Both the position numbers and the translations under genes were made by a program. This document shows, piece after piece, positions 53,270 to 64,000 of a DNA stretch of 64,000 bases. Source of the DNA: Eledone cirrhosa (Eukaryota). Within the stretch, counting starts at the first letter, position 1; each line of letters begins with the position of its first letter. The notes under the pieces were generated by a model that was not told the DNA's origin, ran no database searches, and saw only the letters and a program-made list of their open reading frames with translations. Where the stretch lies: the NCBI GenBank assembly GCA_964016885.1, contig OZ024743.1, positions 331,886,001-331,950,000 of the forward strand, read 5' to 3'.

Positions 53270-53900
53270 CCGGTCAATCTTCAGGCGGATTGAGTCTTCT
53301 TTAGACCATTCTTGATGAGGAGTTCATTTACATTGGAGTGGCCCAGGACCTCTGCCTCTGCATATGTGAGCCACACAAATGTCGTAGTAGAACCATTGTC
53401 AATGAGATTGGTGAGGGACCCATTACTCTGCTGCTATAGTGCAGGTTGGTTTCCTTGACATGCTGTTGTGATTGATATTAGAATGATCCTCAATACAGCC
53501 AGTTTCCCGTCACAACTGGAGCAAGCTAGCTTCGACTGTGGTGATAAGTGCCCAGAAGGTATAATTCTCATCATATTTGAGGAAGGTAAATCCTTAATCT
53601 GGGATGTCATGTGCAGTGACTCGTTCTCTGTCCCCAACCTTGTGGCTTTGCACTTTGGCTGCAAACTAGGAAACCACCATTCACAAGGCTAAGGAGAAGA
53701 TAACCAAATACTGGGGCTTGACTGACCATTTTCTTATTCTGCCAGTTGTCATTGAGACCTCAGATTCCTCGGTCCCCAAACTGTTAATTTCCTCCATAAA
53801 ATCAGAAAGCAACCCACCCGAGAAAGGAATACCCCAGAGGGCTGGGGTGTCACTGACATTCTTGCAGCAATGCCTTCACCATTTTGTGTGCATAGTGCAG
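53270..53900 (+). mobile_element. Old CRE-like C-terminal fragment
   Basis: Remnants ICEPHKC, LNTASFPSQLE, GKSLIWDVMCSDS and LPVVIETS match the CRE endonuclease region. Confidence 0.7.
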
Positions 53901-54544
53901 CTGAAACATACCACTCAGGCAGGAATGTAAAGTATGTCGCTCCCTCCCCCTTAACCTTGTGTTGCTTCATTTCTTCTTTCTTTTTCTTCTCTCTATTAAC
54001 TGTTATCTTTGTGTCATTGACAAAAGATTTTAAAAGGGAGAGCTGATGATGATGATGACGAAGATGAGAACTAGGTACATTGCTTAACATGGAAATGAAA
54101 GTAGTGATGACGTCATTGGCTTAACAAGATTTATTTACTGCCATCTACTTGTTGAAAATAATGAATTGGAACTATTTGAGATTTTAACACTATCATGACT
54201 GTATTTCTAATGAAATATACTCTATTTTAATTAAATAATAAAACCAGAGCCAGTTTTAGCTGGGTTGGTAAATAAAGGGTTAATGTTTTAGTGAGGATTT
54301 GTCACAAGAAAAATGAACAAAAGCCTGTTTATTCATTCCACCGGGCTCAATTGTGTGAGTACAAGCAATCTTAATTCAGTTATTATCATCCTCATTTCAA
54401 CATCTGCTTTCCCTGATAGTAAGGGTTGGACAGGTCTACATAAACAAAGTCAGTACTGAAGCAGTACACATATGTACCTTATTTAAGTTATGGTCCTAGG
54501 GTGGTTTTATATTTATATATATATATATACATATATAATAATAA

Positions 54545-55380
54545 AATAACAGGAGACTGGACTTGTGTAAATCCTTGAAAGGTTTATTATACTATGATCA
54601 TTTCAATGACTGGGTTCCGTATGAATCCGGTGATATCATCAGGTATTCGAAATATAATAAAAGAATGTAACAGATAAAATCCATGGGGCTGAAAATCATA
54701 GACCCGAGGACGACCAACTATCTAGCAACTTCCACTTTAGCCGGTCGCCCTTAAGTGCTGGTTATTCGGTCTACTTAAGGCTATCTGGTGAGGGGGCGAA
54801 AGCTTATAATATGCTACTAACCTCCCGGTCAAAGAGAAAAAAAAGACAGAAAGAAAGAGGAAGAAAAGTCAGCGTTAATGTGATGCTACAATCAGGCCAG
54901 GAATTGCCGCGGAAAATGTTATTCTAAAGGACCCATATCTTAACAGAGGTATATATTATAACAGAGGTATATATAGTGGGAGTCTGCATGGTATAATGTG
55001 TGAACAGAAAATTGGAACGTTAAATTTTAGTTTAGATTTATAGGATGAAGTTAAAAAAATTAAATTAAAGATTAAAATTATAAAATTAAAAAAATTAGAA
55101 AATTAAAAATTAAATAGTTTAAAGTTTGGGTTGCGAGGTTTATTTAAAGAAAGAGTCTTTTATGAAAAAACTTTAATTGTATTATAGAGATCCTTGATAA
55201 GTTATCAGGGTGGGATATAGAGTAAAGATTATGTCCTTGTTTAGCAGGCGACTGCAGACTCTGGCCAGCCCATCCTAACCACATATCAGCCATTCCGAGT
55301 AAAATCATCTAGCGAAAGATATGGAAATCAATTTTTCCTAGCACTCGAGGAATGTATCTGTTCCAGGCTTCAGGTGTGCT
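54545..55380 (-). mobile_element. Probable Penelope-like element 3' remnant
   Basis: Hammerhead motif downstream of a degenerate reading (IKDSFFK*TSQPKL) weakly resembling the GIY-YIG C-terminal E..I....P.LN motif; boundaries approximate. Confidence 0.4.
54589..54646 (-). ncRNA. Minimal type I hammerhead ribozyme motif, partly degenerate
   Basis: Minus strand reads atac CTGATGA tatcaccggattcatacggaacccagtcatt GAAA tgatca TA gtat; palindromic stem III; imperfect stem II. Confidence 0.65.
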
Positions 55381-55710
55381 AGTGGGATATATAATAATGG
55401 TTATAAATCGAAGTGGTAACCGCAATATAGCAGATACCAGTGGAATTGTTTGTGGCAGTCACAAAAGAAATCAATGGTGTGAAAAGTTATTATGTTTTCA
55501 TCGATAGTAAACACAAAAAGTTAATAAACTGTGACACCAAGAATAAAGCAACCAAAAGTATGTGGCTATAATACCACAACATTGATATATACACACAGGT
55601 CGAATACTAACCTGTGTATGTACACACACACACACACATATCATCATCATCATATATACATGTACCTTACTTTAATTGTGGTTCTAAGGTGGTTATATAT
55701 ATATACACAT

Positions 55711-55760
<50 letters not shown>

Positions 55761-56027
55761 TCACACACATGTATATACACACATGTACCTTACTGTAAGT
55801 GTGGTTCTTTTCCATTAGAGAGTACTTTATGATTAGAGAGAGAGAGAGAAAGACAGACAGACAAACACAAACAGACATATATATATACACACCTATACAG
55901 ACATACATATGGATGGAGAGAGAGAAACAGATAGAGATAGAAACAGAGAGGGGACACACAGAGAGAGGGGGAGAGAGGGAGAGATGGGGAGGGAGGGAGG
56001 AGGAGAGTCTATTTTGATACCCCTGTA

Positions 56028-56219
56028 ATAATTGTTTCTACTTTTGGCACAAGGCCAGCAATCATCCCAGTGCATTACTGGTACTTTAGTTTATCGACCC
56101 CTTAAGGCTGAAAGGTAAAGTTAACCTCGGCAGGATTTGAACTCAGATCATAAAGGCCCGTAACTCCACGCTGCAAAGCATGGCATCCGACCCTCTAACG
56201 GTACTGCCAATCCACTGCC
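56028..56219 (-). mobile_element. tRNA-derived SINE (ATT-tail family) with 16-bp TSD
   Basis: TSD atacccctgtaataat at 56017-56032 and 56220-56235; inserted at the tail of an older SINE. Confidence 0.88.
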
Positions 56220-56506
56220 ATACCCCTGTAATAATTGTTTCTAATTTAGACAAGGCCAGCAATTTAGGAAAGAAAAGTCATTTATATTGACTCTGGAAGG
56301 GTGAATGACACAGTTGACCAGGGTGAGATTTGAACTCAGAAAGTAAAAACATACAAACATTGCTAAACATTTGACTGATGCTCTACTGACTCTGTAAAGC
56401 CACCAGCCACTAAGACTACTACAATAATGAACTGTGAGACATGGTTGTGGTTGAACTGGAGATAGTCATTTATAGTGGACAATTGTACACACATACATAC
56501 ACACAT

Positions 56507-58537
56507 GGGTGCCTTAACCTGTTCTTACAGGATCACTGTGCTACCAACAACATCATAATACCTGAGCAAGCTGGTGGAAAGAGGGAGGTGTGGGGTTGCA
56601 TAGATCACCTACTAACTAATAAAATGATTCAGGAAAAAACAACAAAGAATCGCAGAAACATGACTGGTGTGGCTGGACTATCAAAAAGCATTTGATAGTG
56701 TACCTCATGCTGTTGAGCGCCTGACCAAGAACTGGTACACCAATTTGATCCTTAGAGGTGAGAAGGACCAAGTTAAGACTGATAAGATACATTACCAGAA
56801 GGGCATCTTTCAGGGTGATAGCTTGTCAGTGCTACTCTTCGTTCTCTCACTAAATCCACTATCTTACCTACTCAGAAAACAAGGTGGACAAAGAAGTGGG
56901 TCCAGAAGTATCTCCCATCTTTTCTTTGTTGATGACCTGAAGTTGTATGGACCAAATATCAATGACATCAAGAAACAATTGGACCTCATTACACAATTTT
57001 CAACAGACATCAAAATGAAATTTGGTGAGTCCAAGTGTGCATATTTGGCAGTAAAACGTGGAAGAGCTGTGCCCTCCTCTAGAAATCTAGAGATGAACGG
57101 CCTGACAATACAACCTCTGCAGTCAGGTGACAACTACAGATATCTTGGACAGGATGAGAATGTCAGATATGATGGACCCATAAATAAGGAGAGAACCAGA
57201 ACTGAATACCTCAGAAGAGTAAAGAAAATATGGTCATCAGAACTGTCAGCATACAACAAATACATTACCCACAATACTTATGCAGTGCCAATTCTAACGC
57301 CAACATTTGGCCTACTGAACTGGTCATTGCAAGAACTAAGTGAGATGGATGTTAGAACTCGAAAACTTCTCAGTGTTACTGGGAACTTTAACATCAATGG
57401 TGATGTGGATAGGCTATACTTCTCACGCAAGGAAGGTGGCCGGGGTCTAAAATCCATATTAACAACATATGAGACCCGGATAGTAACACTGAAGCAACAC
57501 CTTCAACAGAGGAAAAAGGTTGGCAACCATCTTGCCCAGGTTTATGAGCATGAAAAAAAAATATATCATGAGAATAGCGACTGATCTGGAGGAGAGATAT
57601 GGAATAAAGTCTGATATAAATCTCTCACCCAGAGAAATCGGAAGATCCTATTCAATGTTCAAACAAGATGAAAAAATTGACCAATTTACAGAAAAAGTTG
57701 TGCATGGATACTTGAGGCGTAAAACACAGACCATAGAGGGGATAAACCACTCAAAAAGCCTGGCATGGAGTTCCGACAAGTTTATGACATCACACCTTGA
57801 GGGATATCTCTATGCAATACAGGAACAAGAACTCCCTACCAAATATCTGCTGCACAAAAGGGGAGGGCCAGCAGCTGTCAATAAATGTAGGCTATGTAAA
57901 ACAAAGATCGAGGATGTAAGCCACATGGTTGCCAGCTGCGAAAGAATGCCATCTCGCTACTACCTCCCCATGAGACACGATGGGATAGCTAGAACCATCT
58001 GGAACACACTTCGGAAAACAAAATTAACAACAAACGAGGAAGAATATATTGAGACAGATGGCACTAAAGAATACTGGTGGAACCTGAAAATAAAAACTGC
58101 CACCAAATTAAAGCACAACCGGCCTGATATTGTTGTTTGGGACCACACATTGAAAACGTGTTCTGTTGTGGAGATCAGCTGCCCACTTGATGCCCGTTGT
58201 CAGAAAAATACAGGAGAAGGAGGACATCTACGGACCATTGATGAGGAGTTTACAAATCCAGTATCCAAGATACACCTTTAGCTTCATACCCATCATTATT
58301 GGAGCTACGGGTTATATACAAACCCGCTTGGACCAAAGTATGACTGAACTTGGATTTGCGGACAAAAAGCGCAGCTCCCTAATTCATAGTCTACAAATGA
58401 CTGCGATAGCTGGCACCTTCAAAATTTGCAAAACATTCTTGCGATTCAAGGGATGACAATTTCTTTTCTTTTACAACCTTGCCACCAAGAAGGTGGCCGG
58501 TCAAAAAAATATACTCGAAATTAAGAGAAAGAGATAA
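56507..58537 (+). mobile_element. 5'-truncated R4/Dong-clade non-LTR retrotransposon (RT, CCHC, restriction-like endonuclease), frameshifted
   Basis: EQAGG, WLDYQKAFDSVPH, GIFQGDSLS.LLF, HLFFVDDLKLY, RKEGGRGL, CRLC...EDVSHMVASC, RHD, HNRPDIVV, VEISCP, PIIIGATG. Confidence 0.88.
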
Positions 58538-58854
58538 CATACATATATACACACACACACACATACATATACACACATATATATACACACATACATATAT
58601 ACACATATATATACACACATATATATACACATATATATACACACATATATATACACATATATATATACACATATATATATACATATATATATACACATAT
58701 CTATACACACACATATACACATGTTTATATACACATATATACACACATATACACACACATATGTACATATAAATATATACACACACAGACATATATACAC
58801 ATATATATATACACACACACACACAGACATACACAAACATATACGTATACACAT

Positions 58855-58901
<47 letters not shown>

Positions 58902-59411
58902 AAAATACACACAAATATATATGTATATATATAAAAAAATACACACGCACATATATATATCCCCTCACAGACACATATAAACAGACACATACACACACAA
59001 AAGACACAAGTACTGACATCCACAAACACATGCTGTTTACATAAGTTCTCTTCATAACAAAATAACAATTACTCCCCCACCCCCTTTCTCATTAAAAATA
59101 TATATATTGGTTTTTCCTAGTTGACTTATTTTTCTTTGTGTGTGTGGTGTTGTGTGCGTGGTGTGTGTGTGTGTGTTGCCAGCAGAGATAACTGATGCTA
59201 AATGAATTGCACACATATATATACACACATTTATATATATACATATACACACATATATTTACACAAATACACACACACATATATATATATACACACATAT
59301 ATGTAGGCATATAAAGCGGTTTACTTAAAAATCATTGGGAAATTTTGTAATCTGAATGTGAGCATCCCAACATAAATAATCATACTAATAGTGTAGTACA
59401 ATAAATAATAA

Positions 59412-59786
59412 TAATAATTTCTACATTTGGCACAAGGTCAGCAATTATCTCAGTGAATTACTAGTACTTTATTTTATCGAAAGATGAAAGGCAAAGTTAA
59501 CCTCTGCAGGATTTTAACTCAGAACGTAAAGGGCCATAACTCTATGCTACAAAGCATGGTGTCCGACGCTCAACCAATACTGCCAATCCACCGCCCCTAA
59601 TAATTGTTTCTACTTTTGGCACAAGGCCAGCAATTACCCAGTGCATTACTGGTACTTTATTTTATCGACCTCGTAAGGATGAAAGGCAAAATTAACCTCG
59701 GCGGAATTTGAACTCAGAATGGAAAGGGCCGTAACTCTATGCGTCAAAGCATGGCGTCTGACCTTCTATCGATACTGCCAATCCAA
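59412..59786 (-). mobile_element. Two head-to-tail tRNA-derived SINEs (ATT-tail family)
   Basis: 59412-59597 and 59599-59786 each match the reverse complement of 29078-29270. Confidence 0.88.
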
Positions 59787-59965
59787 TGCATCCTAATAAT
59801 AATAGTGTAATACTGCAAATAAAAGTTGAGAAATCAGGTAAGTAGCGCTTGAGATTGAGAAAATTTGTCACACCTGTCCTCTTTTTTTCATCAGCAGGGG
59901 CACTTTACCTGATTTTCTTAATCAACAATTACTATAATCATTGTTGTTGGAATTAGGATACTTAC

Positions 59966-60110
59966 GTAAAATTCCAACTGTGGAACCCAGTCAAACCTGC
60001 TCGGCACCGTGGTCAGGGTATTACATATCTCTACACCAACTCTGCATCTACCTATACATTGAGTACTCCAATGATTTGTGGTCTCCTCGGTCTCAGCACC
60101 ACAGACTCTC
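59966..60110 (-). other. Candidate non-coding upstream exon of the minus-strand host gene
   Basis: Non-repetitive sequence downstream of a (GA)n tract ending at a consensus donor TAC|GTAAGT (59960-59965); no transcript evidence. Confidence 0.3.
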
Positions 60111-60120
60111 TCTCTCTCTC

Positions 60121-60213
<93 letters not shown>

Positions 60214-60338
60214 CGTGCATGTTTGTGTATATAGACACACACAATATATATATATATATATATAGTTTTAATATAGATGAGATTCTACAGGACTAGAACT
60301 GTTTTATTTTTTAGAAATCATCAGGAATCTGTTAGAGA

Positions 60339-61230
60339 TGTATTTTGTTAGAGATGCCTACTGGCTGGAGTAGGTTTTACTATATATTTAGGTAAGGCGG
60401 GTCTTCTCTGTTACTGAGTACCGCCAAAGGTCTCGGTCCAGTGACATTGTCTTGGAGAGGTGTAAGTGTGTGATGTCGGAGTTTATCAGCTCGTCCCAGG
60501 TTTTTCTAGGTCTGCCTATTCCGTGACTACCGTCTATCTTTATTGCCCTGCACTTTGTTATACAGCTATCGACTTTCATGCGCATCACGTGTCCATACCA
60601 ACGTAGCCTTCTCTTGAGTAAACAACATCTGATCCCTCTTATCTCTAATTTTTTCCTTAGTTCGTTTATGCTTTGCCGTTCACGTATATTACTGTTACAC
60701 ATCCAGCAGAGCATGCAAGCTTCGTTCCTCTCTAGTCTGCGTATATCCTCTGCACACAATGCCCAGGTCTCACTGCCATGCAGCATTGCTGTTCGTATGC
60801 AGGCATCGTACAACCTGCCTTTCATTTTTAGGGAGAACCCTTTAGCAGCTAATAGTGGTATAAGTTCTCTGAACTTTTTCCAACCAGTTCTGACTCTAGC
60901 TACAGTACTTTCAGAGCACCCTCCCCCACTGCTGATTTTATCGCCCAGGTAACGGAAGCTGTCCACTATTTCTATAGAACCCTCTGCGCAATTGAAAGAG
61001 CTAGTATTTTGTGGGCACTTGCTGCTACTTATTGCACCAGAACACCGGCCACATGTAAAATCTATGTTCTTAGTTAGCTTACCTGTGATCCCACTACATC
61101 TTTTATGCACCCATACTTTGCATTTAGGACATAAAATGGAGTTTCTACCTACGCCTTTCCTACACACCGAGCACGACCATTTCCCAGAAGGGACCGCCGC
61201 CTTGTTTTCTTTCCTACAAACTAGAACTAG
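60339..61230 (-). mobile_element. RTE LINE fragment truncated at both ends
   Basis: RTE part of ORF 60388-61545 (C4HC3 finger to EKTRLT); most of the 3' UTR is missing. Confidence 0.92.
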
Positions 61231-61261
<31 letters not shown>

Positions 61262-61294
61262 CACATGTATACATACATATATATAGATACACAC

Positions 61295-61325
<31 letters not shown>

Positions 61326-61444
61326 TACATATATACACACACATATATACATATATACACACACATATATACATATACACACACACATATATACATATAC
61401 ACACACACATATATACATAAACACACACACACATATACATAAAC

Positions 61445-61491
<47 letters not shown>

Positions 61492-61535
61492 CATATATAC
61501 ATATACACATATGTATACATATATATATGCTATTA

Positions 61536-61872
61536 GGAGGCACATGGCTTAGTGGTTAAAGCATTGGCCTTGCAATCAAAAGGTTGTGAGTTCAATTCTC
61601 AGACCAGGTGATGTGTTGTTTCCTTGAGCAAGACACTTTATTTCACATTGCTCCAGTTTACTCAGCTGTAGAAATAAGATGATAGGGACTGGGTTCCCTA
61701 TCATTCCACTGCAAAGTGGACGTGGAGGCGCCACGGCAAAAAAGCACCCAGCACTCTGTGTAAATTAGGTTGGTGTTAGGAAGGGCATCCAGCTGTAGAA
61801 ATCAAGCCAGAATCAGTTCCCATCCCACCCTTGCAAGAAGGGAAAAGCGGACGTAAAATGAAATGATGATGA
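61536..61872 (+). mobile_element. CORE-like tRNA-derived SINE with RTE-derived tail
   Basis: Homologous to 20066-20439 with a complete tRNA-like head. Confidence 0.87.
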
Positions 61873-61876
61873 AAAA

Positions 61877-61894
61877 CATATATATATATATACA

Positions 61895-61931
<37 letters not shown>

Positions 61932-62548
61932 CGTAATATATATGTATATATATATATATATACATACATACTATATATATATACATATATATATATATAT
62001 ACATACTATATATATATACATATACATACTATATATACATATACACATACATACTATATATACATATACACATACATACTATATATACATATACACATAC
62101 ATACTATATATACATATACACATACATACTATATATACATACACACATACATACTATATATACATATACACATACATACTATATATATATATATATACAC
62201 ATATATATATATATATACACATATATATGTACACATATATATAGACATATATACATATATATATATACATACATACATATATATACATATATATATACAT
62301 ACATACATACACATATATATACACATATATATATACATACATACACATATATATACACATATATATATACATACATACACATATATATATATACACATAT
62401 ATATACATATATACACATATATATACATATATACATATATATACATATATACACATATATATACATATATACACATATATATACATATATACAAATATAT
62501 ATATATACACATATATATATATATACATATATACACATATATATAGAC

Positions 62549-62587
<39 letters not shown>

Positions 62588-62618
62588 TATGTACATATAT
62601 ATATATACATATGTACAT
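61877..62618. repeat. (TA)/(CATA) microsatellite with a short higher-order repeat
   Basis: Seen directly. Confidence 0.95.
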
Positions 62619-63893
62619 ATCATCATCATCATCAACGTTTAACGTCCGTGTTCCACGCTTGCATGGGTTTGGACGGGGGTAGTCCCACTTGAGGCAACAG
62701 TGATTGTCTTGCTCGCATAGGACTGTCTGGCAGGTTTTCTACAGTTGGATGCCCTTCCTAACACCAACCACATTTACAGTGTGGGTCTGGGAGGTTTTTA
62801 CCGTGTTGCCTACACGGCCACATTACAGCGTGGACTGTGTGTTTTTTTGTCGTGACACCTACACGATCTCATTTGTTTCGGCCTGGATGGTGTGGCACCA
62901 ACATAACTTTACATAGAACGGGGTGGTGTGGATGGGGTGGGGGTGGTGGTGGTGGTGGGACGGGGGGGTATTTTGTTAGAGATGCCTACTGGCTGTAGTA
63001 GGTTTTACTATGTATTTAGGTAAGGCGGGTCTTCTCTGTTACTGAGTACCGCCAAAGGTCTCGGTCCAGTGTCATTGTCTTGGAGAGGTGTAAGTGTGTG
63101 AGGTCGGAGTTTATCAGCCCGTCCCAGGTTTTTCTAGGTCTGCCTATTCCGTGGCTACCGTCTATCTTTATTGCCCTGCACTTTGTTATACAGCTATCGA
63201 CTTTCATGCGCATCACGTGTCCATACCAACGTAGCCTTCTCTTGAGTAAACAACATCTGATCCCTCTTATTTCTAATTTTTTTCTTAGTTCGTTTATGCT
63301 TTGCCGTTCACGTATATTACTGTTACACATCCAGCGGAGCATGCAAGCTTCGTTCCTCTCTAGTCTGCGTATATCCTCTGCACACAATGCCCAGGTCTCA
63401 CTACCATGCAACATTGCTGTTCGTATGCAGGCATCGTACAACCTGCCTTTCATTTTTAGGGAGAACCCTTTAGCAGCTAATAGTGGTATAAGCTCTCTGA
63501 ACTTTTTCCAACCAGTTCTGACTCTAGCTACTGTACTTTCAGAGCACCCTCCCCCACTGCTGATTTTATCACCCAGGTAACGGAAGCTGTCCACTATTTC
63601 TATAGAACCCTCTGCGCAATTGAAAGAGCTAGTATTTTGTGGGCACTTGCTGCTACTTATTGCACCAGAGCACCGGCCACATGTAAAATCTATGTTCTTA
63701 GTTAGCTTACCTGTAATCCCACTACATCTTTTATGCACCCATACTTTGCATTTAGGACATAAAATGGAGTTTCTACCTACGCCTTTCCTACACACCTAGC
63801 ACGACCATTTCCCAGAAGGGACCGCCGCCTTATTTTCTTTCCTACAAACTAGAACTTTAGTCTTAGCCAGATTAATTTTAAGTCCTTTTGATT
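62619..63893 (-). mobile_element. 5'-truncated RTE LINE with intact ORF 3' end, 3' UTR and (GAT)n tail
   Basis: ORF 63016-63795; nearly identical to 420-1136 and 60339-61230. Confidence 0.93.
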
Positions 63894-64000
63894 GTATATA
63901 TATATACATATGTACATATATATACATACATGTATATATACATAAATGTATATATACATATATATACATACATATACTACATATACATATACTACATATA

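Overview
AT-rich, microsatellite-dense animal genomic DNA. The repeat landscape resembles a coleoid cephalopod such as Octopus, but this is an inference. Only one host coding exon is recognisable: the first coding exon of a PLEKHH1/PLEKHH2 (MAX-1)-family gene on the minus strand (41708-41950), so most of the window is probably intron. The rest is decayed retroelements of several clades: an RTE LINE with a PHD-type finger plus many 5'-truncated copies, a Tx1/L1-clade LINE, CRE-clade and R4/Dong-clade restriction-like-endonuclease elements, two tRNA-derived SINE families, MITEs, minisatellites and long (TA)/(CA) tracts. The most notable observation is a non-coding 591-bp partial tandem repeat (2301-3374). 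Each copy carries a type I hammerhead ribozyme motif with a covarying U3-A8 core and a palindromic stem III, which is a retrozyme/Penelope-like architecture. A second, unrelated minimal hammerhead lies at 54589-54646 on the minus strand. All alignments and folds were done by eye.
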